Shown piece after piece: positions 35,131 through 49,062 of a stretch of 64,000 nucleotides of DNA. The notes beneath the pieces are model-generated. The model was not told the DNA's origin. It did no database searches and saw only the letters and a program-made list of their open reading frames with translations. Both the position numbers and the translations under genes were made by a program. Source of the DNA: Fistulifera solaris. Taxonomy: Eukaryota. How positions within the stretch are numbered: position 1 is the stretch's first letter; each line of letters begins with the position of its first letter. The stretch is from contig AP026151.1 of the NCBI GenBank assembly GCA_030295235.1, positions 248,001 through 312,000 of the forward strand, given 5' to 3'.

Positions 35131-37194
35131 TCACAAAGCAGCAGCGCGAATGCTGCCATAGCCCGTCGGCCGAGTGTAACCGCCACGTCCATGTTTACCG
35201 GCGTTTACGATTACACCGATGGATGATTGGTCATGGGCGATAGTTTCATCAATTGTCGTGTGACAACCGTACGGATCTTTGTTGCGAAGCTTACGACCTT
35301 TCTTGCCCCACTTCTTTGCTGTGGGCCGTTTGCTTTTGTTCGCAGATGGCTTCGACCCATCATCGGCAGAACCTCCGAGTAATTCAAGAATGTCATCATC
35401 AAAATCATTTTCAAGCTCATCGCCTTCTTCATTATCGAGCTCTTCCGCTTCTTTTTTCTTCTTGTCGCCGCTGTTGTTTCTCCAGCTTCAAGCGAAGTTT
35501 GGCTGTGTTGGCCAAAGCCGTGTCAATCGTTTCGCGATAGAAGGCCAACAAATCACTGCCGCGCACTTCCGGAGGTGCATGACAAAACAAGAGTTTACCA
35601 GTAGCATAGTCCTGTATCACATAGCGAGCAGCTCGGGCATAGTCCGGGATTCCGCTAGCCGCTGCCAGCATGCCTCTCGCAATGCAAAATGTTCCCAAAA
35701 ATTCGTCAGGCTTCGGTGGCGGTAGCTTGGTCCACCCATTCTCAACCATTTCTTGCGCCGTGGGTTTGGGAAGATTAATTCCGTAATGCGCGTTGATAAT
35801 TTCTCGAGGAATGCGCTCACAGATTAAGCGAGTAACCGGCCAATGATCACGCATTTGGGCGATCGGGTACACACCAGCAGCAATCAAATCGGCTGTGTTG
35901 GATACAAACGAAGGGAAAACTAAACCAGGACAATCACATAGCATCATTTTATCCTCCATTCCCGTATCGGCAGGAAGGTAAAGAGTCTGAAAATGTTTCG
36001 TTTTGCCGGGTTGACTGGCTACGCCTACACGAACCACACCATGAGTGTGCCGACTACTTCCGACGAGAACATTGATGACACTACTTTTTCCAACATTCGG
36101 AAAACCAACCATACCGAACTGAAAGCGGTCTCCGTATCGCTCGTCGCGCTCGCATCCGTGTTTCTCCGCAAAAGCAAGCATGGTTTCAAGCAATTGTTTC
36201 CGTGTGAGAGGTACATCGATGCCAATACCATCTTCCGATTCTTTATCGGGGATGGCTTCATCATCACTTTCACTCTCGCTGTCACTTTCTTCCTCTGATT
36301 CCTCACCCATACTCAAAGGATCATCTTCTTTTTCTTCCTTGCGTGGATCAACACCTCGTTCTTCTCTTCGTCGGCGCTGCGCTTCGGCGTCTAATTTCTG
36401 TTGTTCCTTGACAGCGGAAAAGAAGATTGGTTCCCAATTTCGCTCTACAAGGTAATTATACCACATTTGTCTCTGATCGCGACTCAAATAATCACTCTTG
36501 TTCATCAGTACCATCATGGGCTTCCCCAAGGATGCAGCATACTCTTTGAGATCGTCTGATAGATAAAACAAAGGATTGCGGGCATCGACGAGTTGCAGGA
36601 GACAACTTGAACGCTCCAACACACGCCACAATTGCCTCCAAACTTCTAAATTCTTTTCAAAAGGCGTAACCGAAGTCGATGATTCGGTCCTGGCAATTTC
36701 TTCCTCGCGTACGGCAATCGCGCGTCGCCACTCCAAAAAAGCCTTTTCCTCCAGGCGGTGCAATTCATCGGGCGTTGTGGATTCATCCCAAGCCGGGCGT
36801 CGGGGAACCGACAGTTCTTGAAACACAAAGCTCGGTCGTTCATCGTCTTCCCATTGTACTTTGGATGGTCGAAAGGCGTGTCCGGTCGGATCGAGAACAA
36901 CCACGCCTTCTTTTCAGAAGTAAATTCTCGATGTGCCAAATCGGCTTGCAACAAAAAGTCGTCCAGATTACTCATTTCTAGCACCGATCTCGTTTTAAGT
37001 TCCGGTTCTTCTTCAATTCCCACGGAAGTGACACCAGCTTGCATCGCCATGCCTCCTTCTCCACGTCGGTTCTTGCCGTTTTCACGAGGACGGTAGCGTT
37101 GACCTTGAGCTTTCTGCAAGGCTTTGCCCATGCCCGATTCACGATCGAGTCGACCCGGTTTTCCTTTGCGACTGGTTCCTTTGTTTCGCGGCAT
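35131..37194 (-). CDS. LSG1: Large subunit GTPase 1; frameshifts ~36912 and ~35455
   Basis: VPRRPAW, TPFEKNLEVWRQLWRVLERS, VDARNP, NKSD, GFPNVGKSS, PGKTKHFQT, CDCPGLVFP. Confidence 0.93.
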
Positions 37195-37625
37195 AGTGTG
37201 TGATAAATTTCTTTATTGCTAATTGCTGTTTGGTTCAGTTGCTTTAGTAAAAGGAAAGAAAAGACATGAAAAGTGAAAAGCTCGTTTTCTTTCATGCGTT
37301 TATTCTCTATGAAATTTTTTTGGTTGGATGCCATCGTGACGGACGACGGATAGGTTTCACCGCGCGAGATGATTTTCTACTGGCAAAGGAGCCTTAACCT
37401 TATTGTAGAAAAGATGTACACGTACATAATGAATTATATTTATGCGAGTGCATCAGGGTTTCAACTTACTCCTATGAGCTCAGAGATAAGAAGATATTCT
37501 ATGTGAATGCTGCATCATCTACTTTGTTAGAGATAAGCCTCTGTTAAGCATCTGACAGGGATGTTTTCGTTTCCTAGCAAAGTCAAAAGTTGTAGCAAGT
37601 GCTTCGCTCTATCGTATTCCGGTCT

Positions 37626-38192
37626 TTACAAGAGCAACACGGTTACTCCCAACACAACTAACGCAGCTCTAGATCCATCCCAGTTTGTGTTACCGAAACT
37701 AGAGTGGTGGTCGTCCTCCGCATGGGTTGCAGCGGTACATTGCTCACTGACCGTCGTATCGACCGTGCAAGGCGGCACCACCGAATCCGTACCCGTCACG
37801 AGAGGATAACCGGCGGCCGTCCATTGCGTGACACCACCACCATTGTACAAGACATGGAAGCCAGCTTCTACCAAGTGGGTCGCTGCCACCGCCGCACGGG
37901 CACCCGTCCGGCAATACAAGGCCACACGACAATTTTCGCAGCCGGCCAAATCGTCCGGTGTGGCACTAGGAAATCCTTCGACGGCGAGATCGGCCATAAG
38001 CGTGGCATTGGCAATGTGTCCCGTTGCGTATTCTTCGGCACTGCGGACATCGACGAGTACATCGAAATCGCCGTGGTCGAGTCCTTCGAAGAGTTCCGCG
38101 GCGGTCAAATTGGTGATCTCGATGGTACTTTCCTCGTGGGCCTGAGCGGCGCACGCGAATATTGCAAGAAAGAGAAGAAAACCAAATTTCAT
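37626..38192 (-). CDS. Secreted, possibly GPI-anchored single-domain rhodanese
   Basis: Signal peptide, LVDVRSAEEYATGHI, active loop YCRTGAR, GGVTQW, hydrophobic C-terminal tail. Confidence 0.85.
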   Translation of the reverse strand: MKFGFLLFLAIFACAAQAHEESTIEITNLTAAELFEGLDHGDFDVLVDVRSAEEYATGHIANATLMADLAVEGFPSATPDDLAGCENCRVALYCRTGARAAVAATHLVEAGFHVLYNGGGVTQWTAAGYPLVTGTDSVVPPCTVDTTVSEQCTAATHAEDDHHSSFGNTNWDGSRAALVVLGVTVLLL

Positions 38193-38604
38193 GATATTAT
38201 GTTGGACCAAGGGTGTATGTACAAGCAAAGGATGCTGCAACAATAGTATCGTCGTGTCGGAGAAGAATGCTGTGCCAATGGATTTTGTTTTCCTGTGCAG
38301 GATCGCAAAAACGATCGCGTCGTTCGCTTTTTGTCTGTACTGGTAGTATGACGATGATTGTACTACGATCCGAGATGGATCTTTATTGACAAAGCCGGTC
38401 GTCGGACTTACGGAGAGACGTTATTGGTCGGTTTGAATGACTATATTGCTAAAGTGTGGTCGTGTTTTTGACGAGATGACTGAATTTTGGTATTGAGTCA
38501 CGATCGTGCTGTTCTTTATTTGTTTATTGTTTCGGAACGACCTTATTCGTCATACTGCATTTTTCTTGAACCTTTCTCCTTTTTCCTCTTCATTACATAA
38601 ATAC

Positions 38605-39813
38605 ATGAAATCCATCGCTCGCGTTCTCATGAAAGGCACCGCACTCATCGCACACGCGTATACACCGCCGTCGTGGTGTTCTCTGACACCGCCCCCGCAC
38701 GGTCGTTTGTCACTGGCGCACCTTCCGACTCCGTTGCATCCTCTGACATGGCACGGCGATATGGGCGCATCACTGACAAAGCACAATATTTCCTTCTGGA
38801 TCAAACGCGATGACATGACGGGAGGCATTGAATGGAGTGGGAACAAGATTCGGAAATTGGAATTTTTGCTGGCGGATGCGCAGCAACAAGAATGCACCGC
38901 CGTCTTGACCATCGGAGGTGCCCAAAGCAATCATTGTCGTGCGACGGCGGCCGCCGCACGGCGACTCGGACTCGAGCCGCATCTGATTTTGCGCTCTTCC
39001 AGTGATATCGGGACGGTGGGGAATTTGTTGATGGATCGAATGGTGGGGAGTCATATTTATACGTGTACGCCGGGCGAATACGGTCGTTTGGGTTCGGAAG
39101 TACTGGTGCAGCATGTGGCGGAAGCGATTGAACGAGATACGAAACACAAAGTGTACCGCATTCCGGTGGGTGGTAGTAACGCGATTGGGACGTGGGGGTA
39201 TTTGCAAGCGGTGGATGAACTTATACAACAACAGGCTACCTTTGATCACATTGTATTCGCTTGTGGAAGCGGAGGAACGGCGGCGGGAATTGTATTGGGA
39301 TTTGCGATGGCGTATGAGAACGCCGCTTTGGAACACATGCCGCAACTCCATGCCGTCGGAGTGTGTGATGATCCGAATTACTTTTATGCTTACATGGCCC
39401 AAATTGCCGTTGATATGGGTTTTTCTATTGATCATTACGACGACAACAACCAGTACGCGTCTGTCGAAGATTATTTGCGTCAGCACGTGACTTTGCATCA
39501 AGGGAAAGGAAGGGGCTACGCCGTAAATACACCGGAGGAACTCCAGTTCGGAGTCGACTTCGCGCATGCGACAGGAATTGTGTTAGATCCAGTCTATTCG
39601 GGCAAGGCGCTCTATCATTTTTGGACACGTGTTCTGCAAGAGAATATGTATTCATTTGCAAATCAATCGATTCTGTTTTGGCATACGGGTGGTGCTTTGG
39701 GTCTTTATGACAAATGCGGGGAACTTACCGAGTCAACATCGATGTTGACTGGTTCACCTTGTCAGAAATTAGATGTATACGGCAAAGGAAATGGTTTGAA
39801 TATTAGTGGGTGA
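38605..39813 (+). CDS. D-cysteine desulfhydrase (PLP; ACC deaminase family)
   Basis: IKRDD..SGNKIRKLEF, GGAQSNHCRA, GSGGTAAG, LDPVYSGKA, FWHTGG. Confidence 0.92.
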   Translation: MKSIARVLMKGTALIAHAYTPPSWCSLTPPPHGRLSLAHLPTPLHPLTWHGDMGASLTKHNISFWIKRDDMTGGIEWSGNKIRKLEFLLADAQQQECTAVLTIGGAQSNHCRATAAAARRLGLEPHLILRSSSDIGTVGNLLMDRMVGSHIYTCTPGEYGRLGSEVLVQHVAEAIERDTKHKVYRIPVGGSNAIGTWGYLQAVDELIQQQATFDHIVFACGSGGTAAGIVLGFAMAYENAALEHMPQLHAVGVCDDPNYFYAYMAQIAVDMGFSIDHYDDNNQYASVEDYLRQHVTLHQGKGRGYAVNTPEELQFGVDFAHATGIVLDPVYSGKALYHFWTRVLQENMYSFANQSILFWHTGGALGLYDKCGELTESTSMLTGSPCQKLDVYGKGNGLNISG

Positions 39814-40126
39814 GTGACCCCAAGCGGAGACAAGTGCGATCAGGCGGATCTGTGCATCATGAATGTATATGTTGATGATTATTTTGGTTAAGTTGGCATG
39901 TCTGTCACTGACAACCACGCTGAAGATCTCAACTTCCCAATTAATGCAAATGGAGGTCAATGTGGCCTGCCGCGTGCGGTCGTGTTACGTATAAATAGTT
40001 ACGGTACATGCTTCATGAACATCCAACTCTAGCTAGTGCATCATGTAACTGAATCGGTAAAATGAAGAAACGATTATTTCAAAGATCAAGCTTATGATTA
40101 AAAACTTTTTTCTAAATCAAGAAAGG

Positions 40127-41603
40127 TTAAAGCTGACGCTGTCGCTTTCTTTGGCGTTGGGTTTCCAAAGGTGGCAGGTCACCCAGCAAAGTGCAAAGCA
40201 TATCAGAGTTTACGCTCAACAATGGATAGAGACTTGAAAAACTACCACTCGTCTCGTGGTGTGTCAACGCAGCTCCGAATATCGCTGGTCGATCATCGAT
40301 CGACTCGCGGGTCATGGCTTTCGCACCATTGAGGAGACGTACCGGCGCTAGGACAGCTCTCATTTCAGCGTACAACTTCAAGCCACGGACCGCGATCTTT
40401 GACAGTAACGTCCAGATGAATTTGATTTTGTGCAAAAGGAATCAAACTTTTGACCTGTTCCAAATCTATTTGATGTCTCTCCTGTCGAAAAACAACAGCG
40501 CGTAGTCTTTTATGGGAAGCAATTACCGCAAGTAGATCGTCCCAAAATGGGCGAAGAATCGTTAGACATCCTAGCTCTAATCGGTACAAATTCTGGTTTG
40601 TTCGAATTGCTTGTAAAAGTTCCGCTTGTTGTGCCAATGAAAGTGGGTCGTGGCCTTTATAGATGATTCCAAGTTCTTGCAGGTTTCCACTGGCATGAAG
40701 AAATTGAGTATGAAATAGGGGGTCCAACGAAAGTTCAAAACGCAAAGTTATTGCCTGAGGAACGATAGCAAGAGATTGATTCTCTTCCAATTGAATAGAA
40801 TCATAAACGCGGTAATCAAGGTGCTTTGTCGGTAAAGACAGCGGCAGACGACGCTGCGAGTCTTGAAAAAACCAAGTAGTCGTTTCCAGTGAAATGTTTG
40901 CGAGTGCACTTTTGATTTCGAAAAGGTACCCAAAGGAGGAATACATGCCGCGTTCGTGCGCCGCAATTGTACCGAAGTGCGTCGTTCGTCTGGCTAGCGC
41001 TTCGACAAACGCACGTCCCTGATCCACAAACGTACACTCCAGACCCACGTTAAGAGGCTCCGGATGCGATGCGAGTGCGACCGATTCTTCAACTGAAAGC
41101 TTGCACCCGCAACAAAAGGAAAGTCGTCTGTTTGGATTGACTTTCATGTATTCAGCAAGAAAGCGAGAAGTGATAAAAGTCGTAGGGACCACAGAACGGG
41201 CTTCACCGGCGTTGTATCTCCCGATATAGACGGCATCAGATTTTTCATCCATTAAATATAAAATATCCTCTATAGCTTGCGCTACGCTTTGCTTTGTCAT
41301 ACCATAAACATACACCTTGCCATGTTGCGCAAAGTCAATGTTTGAAGATCCTTTTCGAAACTTGGACTTGACTGTCGTTGGAAGCTTCCTCATCATTAGA
41401 AAGGTGTCATCGTCCCACCAAACGAGATCACCATAGGTCCTATACATAAATCGCATCAGATGAGATACATTGAGAGGTGAAAGAGTTTTCCGACTGAATT
41501 TCATGTTCCTGCTCCACTTGGTCGCGTTTAACTGCGTCATGAGCAACTTCTTGACGCCGTCAAAATCGTCGACAGGAATCTTTTCGAACCAACTGGATTC
41601 CAT
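40127..41603 (-). CDS. Unknown ~480-aa protein, tandem paralog A (one frameshift ~40390)
   Basis: 412-aa ORF plus C-terminal frame ending RKRQRQL; homologous to B-D. Confidence 0.75.
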
Positions 41604-41960
41604 CGTGCTTGAGAGAATGAAAGCGTCTAGATCATTGATGAGTACAAATAAAAATAATAGAAAAAGCTCATCAAGAACTATATATAAAGCAATCGCGCAT
41701 CTATCGTGTTGACGCGCAATAAATATTTTTTTCTCGTCCGCAGCTCATCAGTCTGTTTTTGAACTTAATTGGTAAGTGCCAGATCACTTTGATCTTCTAA
41801 GCGTAAAATATCAAAGAAACCGCTCGTGATAGTGAAAGGTCGGGTCACGCTCTCTAGCCAAAAGGGTCTAGCTTTACTTCCCGCATACCTGGTGCTATTT
41901 GCAAGAGCTAATAATAGCTATTGAAACCACAGCGTATTTTATAAAACAATTATGAAAGAA

Positions 41961-43448
41961 TTAGAGCTGTCTTTGTCGCTTCCTTGTGTGACGGGGTTCG
42001 GAAACAACAGCCAGGTCGTCCAGCATTGTACACAGCAAATCAGCGTTCAAGATAAGCACCGGATAAAGTTTTGAAAAATCACTACTCGCCCGGATTGTCA
42101 GCGTAACTCCAAATAACGCTGGTCGATCATCGTTCGACTCGCGGGTCAAGGCTTTGGCACCATTGATGAGACGCAGCGAAGCGAGAATAGCTCTCATTAC
42201 TTCCCCTTCTTTTTTCGGAAACAGAGCGATCATTGACAGAAATATCCACATGAACGTTCTTTTGTGCAAAAGGAACCAAGGTTCTGACATTTTCCAGTTC
42301 AAAACCATAGTGTCGTACACGAAAAACCACTGTCCGTAGCCCACTATGGGATGCGATTACTTCAGTAGATCTTGCCATGATGCGCGATCAGCTACACATC
42401 CAAGCTCTAGACGGCACAATTTATGGTTTGTTCGAATTGCTTGTAGAAGCTCTTGTTGTTGTTGCACTGAAGGCGGGCGCAAATAATCATAGACGAGTCC
42501 CAGTTCCTGTAAATTTCCACTGGCCTGTAGAAACAGTGTATGAAATTGGGCCGGCAATGAATAATCAAAGACCAGCGTTACCGCTTGAGAAAACGACGAC
42601 AAGCGATTCAATCTCACCCATTTGCATTGTGTTGCGGACATGGTACTCCAGCTGCCTAGTCGGTAAAGACAGGGGCAGAAGACACTTGGGTCCTTCAAAA
42701 ACCAAATCATTCGCTTCCAACGCAATGTTTGAAAGTGCACTTTGACGTCGCAGAGGGGCTCAAGGAAGGAATACATGGTGTATAAATTGTCGTATGAGCG
42801 CTTAGAGACCGCAATTGTCCCAAAGTGCGTCGTTCGTTTGGCTAGCGCTTCGACAAATGTTCGTCCTTGATCGGCAACGAGCATTCCAGACCCACGTTGA
42901 GTGGCTCCGGATGAGATGCCAGTGCGACCGATTCTTCAACAGAAAGCTTCGCATCCGCATCCTAAGCACAGTCGTCTATGAGGATTGACTTTCGTATATT
43001 CAGCGAGGAACCGAGAACTGATAAAAGTCGTGGGGACCAAAGTGCGAGCTTCAGGCGCTGTATACTCCAATGCAAACAGCATCAAAGCTGTCATCCTTCA
43101 AAAGTAAGAATTGTTCTATAGCTTGCGCTACGCTTTGTTTTGTCTTCCCATAAACGTAAACTTTAAAATACCCAAACTCAATATTCGAAGTTCCTCTTCA
43201 AACTTGACCCTCACCGTCGTCGGGAGCTTCCTCATCATTAGGAAGGTTTCCTCGTCCCACCAGACAAGCTTCCTACCACCGTTGAGAAAGCGCACAAAAT
43301 CATGAGTACTCAAAGGAGATCGATTCTTCTGGTAAAACTGCAGCCTGCTGCTCCACTTGGTCGCGCTGAGCTGCGCCTTGAGCAGTTTCTTGTCGCCGTC
43401 AAACTCCTAGACCGGAATCATCTCAAACCAACAGGAATCCGTCATCAT
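41961..43448 (-). pseudogene. Tandem paralog B, multiple frameshifts
   Basis: MMTDSCWFE start, FLMMRKLPTTV, DQGRTFVEALAKRTTHFG, end RKRQRQL. Confidence 0.7.
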
Positions 43449-43749
43449 GCTTGATCAAATGAAAGCGCTTAAAATGTTGATGTGCACAAATAATATTAGA
43501 AAAAGAAACAGACCATCAAGAATTACAATAAAGCTTTCGTCACGCAATAAAACTTTTTCCCGTGTGTCCGCTCCGCCGCAGAAAACCGCTTCGTGATTAA
43601 ATGAAGAGTGCGGGTCACGCTTCACGCTGCAAAATTTCTTGGAGATCATTTAGCCTACGCTCTAAAGACTAGCCTTCTTGCCTTCAAAGTATTTGAAAGC
43701 TGCAGCCTACTACCAATACTCCGTACGAAACAATTACTATACGGAAAAG

Positions 43750-45220
43750 TTAAATTTGTCTTTGTCTCTTCCTTGTGTGACGGGGTTCGGAAACAACAGC
43801 CAGGTCGCCCAGCACGGTACACAGCAAATCGGGCGTGCAAGATAAGCAACGGATAAAGTTTTGAAAAATCACGACTCGCCCGAATCGTCAGCGCAGCTCC
43901 AAATAACGTTGGTCGATCATCGCCGTTCGACTCGCGTGTCAAAGCTTTCAGCGCCACTGAGGAGACGCACCGGTGCTAGGATAGCTCTCATTTCGCTTAC
44001 GGTATTAGAACTGAACCACGGATAGTAATCATGAACAGAAATATCCAAATGAATGTGCTTTCGTGCAAAGGCAACCAAACTTTCGACCTGCTCCATGTTA
44101 GGGCATAGATTTTCAAGACGAAAAACCACGGTCCGTAGTCCTGTATGGGACGCTATTACCCCATCGTAGCTTTTTGCCAAAATGCGCAAAGAACGGATAG
44201 ACATCCTACTTCTAGTCGGTGCAAATTCTGGTTTGTTCCAATTGCTTGTAAAAGCTCTTCTTGCTGTTTAGCGGGGGTAAGCTGGAACGATCGTAGATGA
44301 GTCCAAGTTCTTGTAAGTTTCCGCTGGCCTGTAGAAACTGTGTATAAAATTGGGCTGGAAGCACAATAAAACTTAACGTTACTGCTCGAGGGACTACAGT
44401 AAACGGTTCATTCTCCCCAATTGAGTCTGGTGAAGAATCCTGCTTCTAAACCTCTGTATTGGTAGAGACAGCGGCAGACGACACTGTGAGCCATCAAAGA
44501 ACCAAGTATCTGTTTCCAGCGAAATTTTGGAGAGTGCACTCGTCATCAAAAAGGGGTCCAAAGGAGGAGTAATTGCCCTTTTCGTACGCCGTTATTGTAC
44601 CGAATTGCGTCGTTCGTTTCGCTAGCCGACAAAAGTATCGCCCCTGGTCGGCAAACGTACATTCCAGACCTTAATAGGCTCAGGGTGAGACGCCAATGCG
44701 ATCGATTCCTCAATAGAAAGCTTGCATCCGCTACTAAAACAGAGCCTTCTTTTGGATTCACTTTCATATATTCAGCGAAAAATTGGGTGGTGATAAACGT
44801 CGTCGGGACCACGAAACGAGCTTCCTTATAACCGTATCTCCCAATATGGACGACGCCACTAAGTTCGTCTTTCAAGTACAACATCTGCTCAATAGCTTGC
44901 GCTACGCTTTGCTTTGTCATTCCGTAAATAAACACCTTGCTTTCGTTGAAAAACTGTATGTTCGACGTCCCTTTTCGAAACTTGGACTTAACTGTGGTTG
45001 GAAGCCTCCTTATCATCAGAAACATTCCTCATTCCACCAAATAATATTTTTCTTGTCCCTTAAAAATCGCATAAGATGATTCACATCGAGAGGGGAACAA
45101 ATTTTTCGGTAAAACTCCGTCTTTTGCCCCACTTGGTTGCGCTTGAGTTGCGCCATGAGCAGTTTCGTCGCCGGTGAATTCCTCGACAGGAATTGTTTCG
45201 AACCAACAGGAATCCGCCAT
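43750..45220 (-). pseudogene. Tandem paralog C, multiple frameshifts
   Basis: MADSCWFETIPV start, FLMIRRLPTTVKSKFRKG; 3' end nearly identical to B. Confidence 0.7.
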
Positions 45221-46151
45221 CGTGCTTGAAAAGGTCTCAATTATCGGTGTGCACGTATTGTAAAGAAAACAGAATGAATAAAGTTTATTAAAACTAAAAG
45301 ACGCTCGTCCTAAAAAAACAAAACGACTATTTTCTTTTTTTCTCGTCCGGCAGCTGCAAAATGCTTTGGTTGTCGTGTGTAGTACTACGACAAGGTAGTA
45401 GTTTTACACTATATTAATGAGTGCCGGATAGCTTTGAGCTACTACGTACTAAGAGTGACAGGAAAGAAACCGCTCGTGATCAAAGAAGGGTTGAGACATG
45501 TTGTTGAAATCTCTACCGCGGTCTGTAACTGCTCTCGGCTATCGGGGGACTCCACACACCCCAGACGAAAGACTATTGAAACACAACTTTGCTCCAAACA
45601 CTCGTTTACAGAATTATGACGATTTCCTACGATTACTTTTGCTCTCCTCTTTTCCACTGGTTTACGATCTGATCTTGACTTGATCGTGCCAAGTCCATTT
45701 CACCGATAACAACTTTAAAATAAAAACAGATAATTCTCCCGAGCCACCAGATTCTTCATTTCGCATTCCTTAGCAACAACCATCGTCCATAATTGCACAT
45801 TAGATTCTTCCGTGATCCCAAATCCCCAAAGATATAGTTCGAAACACTTCCGAAAACTCCGTTTGAATAGAGTCACTCCCAATAAACTAAACGGTCATTT
45901 CGAACCATTCCGACATTCGCTGACGTGTCCACTCATGACTGACAATCTTTCAGTCCGACACTCAACCTTGATCACTCTCTTTGACAACATGTGTTAGGTC
46001 TTAGGTCACATCTGGCATCTACTGGCATCTGGCTCAAGCTCTACATCAGTCAATAAACGTAGGTAAATCTAGAGACGAGCAACATACAGGTACGGAGTAT
46101 GCATTAAACAAAACCTTTTAGCAATGAAGCTATTTTCAAACTTTGAAGATG

Positions 46152-47602
46152 CTAGTGTTGTCGTTGTCGCTTCCTTCGATCTTGGCGGCTGGAAGAAGGC
46201 TGATCACCCAGCAACGAGCAAAGCAGATGAGAATTCTCACTCAACAGCATACTGCGTTTTCAAAAACTGGCCAGCTGTCCAGTTTGACAAAGCAGTTCCC
46301 AGTAATGCGGTTCTGTCATCGATGGACACGCGTGTCACAGCTATGACGCGATTAAAGAAAAGTACCGGCTCTAAAATGACGTTCATTGCACGGATACTAT
46401 CGGCTTGCCGAATCTGAAAGTGGAACGAAATATTCAAATGACTGTGCTCTTGCAGAAAAGGGATCAAGCTGTTTACCTGTTCCACTACAAGATCCTTCGT
46501 TCGAATCCAGAAAATTGCCGACCGCAATCGGCAATGCGATCCGATTACCTCGAGTAGCTCCTCCCAAAATGGGCGAGACTAGCCAAACATCCGAGCTCTA
46601 GACCTTGTAGATTGGGATTTGTTCGAATTGCCTCTATTAGCTCTGTTTGTTGTGTCTCTGAAGGCCGGTGGGACATTTGGTAAACGAGTCCGACTTCCTT
46701 CAACTGTCCACTGGCCTGCAAAAATCGTGTGTGAAAAGACGGCTGGTAATGAACGTTCAAAAACCAGCGTTACGGCCTTTGATGCAATAGTAAAAGGCTG
46801 AAAATCGGGCCAACTGGTGTATCCGTAAACGTAGTACTTGAGGCGTTCTGCAGGCGCGGAAAATGGTAGAAGCAATTGCGACTCGTCAAACACTAAGCTC
46901 GTCGTCTCCAACGAAGCGTTAGTAATTGCTTTCATTACCGTCGAAAGGAGGTGAAAGCGAATAGTGTGAAAGTAGACTGCTGAAATTAACGTGAACCGCC
47001 AGAACACCAAAGTGTGTCGTTCGTTGAGCTAAAGAGTCGACGAACGCTCGCCCCTCGTCAACAAAGTTACAAGCTAGACTCACATTCAAGGGATCTGGAT
47101 AAGACGCTAGCGCTATTGATTCTTCTACAGATAGCTTGCAAGCATTTCGAAGATAGAGTCGTCTTTGTGGATTGTTGTGTAGGTAGTTTCGGGAGAAATG
47201 GAGAGGTGAGAAAAGATGTCACGGCTTTTGTAGAAAGCTCTTCCCGACACTGACGACTCCGCAATCGTCCTTTAAGCACAATACGCGTTCTGCAGCTTGC
47301 GCTACGATTTGAGGGGATGTTCCATAGATGTAAACAATGCTTTCTCGAAACCCGAGGCTCGTAGCTGCTTTTCGGAACTTGGAACTCGCGAGGAACAGAT
47401 ACTGGGAGTTTATTCAAAAACACGATCTTTAAGCAACCCATACGGCTCATAAGATTAGGGACGTTGAGAGGAAAACGAGTTTGTCGATAGAACCGTACCG
47501 GAGCTCCACTTGGTACGGCAAAGTTGTTTCATGAGCTCCGACTTGTCTTTGTCAAAATCAGAGCGAGGGAAGCCTTTCCGTCCAACAAGATTTGTCCTCC
47601 AT
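46152..47602 (-). pseudogene. Tandem paralog D, more divergent, multiple frameshifts
   Basis: MEDKSCW start, FHTRFLQASGQLKEVGL, AIRTNPNLQGLELGC, end RKRQRQH. Confidence 0.65.
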
Positions 47603-47727
47603 TTCCAATTTCACAAGAGGAAGAGAGAGTGCTATCTTTATGTAGAAACTGAGAGCATACTACCTTTGTTGCGACTTCATTACCCGTAATTATAACTACC
47701 AGTATATTCGCAGTTGAATGACAATAA

Positions 47728-48464
<737 letters not shown>

Positions 48465-49062
48465 TGGACGGACGATGCGCGAGGAGACGCAAAACGGAAC
48501 CTTGTTCGGTTCATGACTACTGTGCAATCCAGTCTTGGCTGGCGTAAACCAACACTCCGTTTCATAGTGGATATTCAAGATATCGATCCTCGGATTTTCG
48601 ACGTGAAAATAAAAGAAGCTCTTAACAAGTAGTTCAGATCATCATTGTTGCGACTTTAGTTACCCGTAATTATGATTATATTCGCATGTAAATCACAATA
48701 GACGGATGCGAGAGACGCAAAACGGAACCCTTTGTTGTTCGGTTCATGACTACAGTGCATTTCAGTCTTGGCTGGCGTAAACCAACACCCCGCGTCATAG
48801 TGAAATTTCAAGGATGATTTACGAAGGTCGTCGCACACACTCATCTCGTCCGCCGCATAAAAAAAAGACATGTTGAATGTTGATAATGATGAAGATCATA
48901 ATGTTTTGAAGGGAAAGACGATAAAAGAACTATTAGATGAGCTCGGTTTAATGAAATCGAGTTGTCTCATTTATTCAAGACTCAATGATTTTAGTGTAAA
49001 AGCTGCGTGAAATTCCATCAGACGAAACGAATAATCATCAGCTCATTTCGAGAAGGAGGAAA

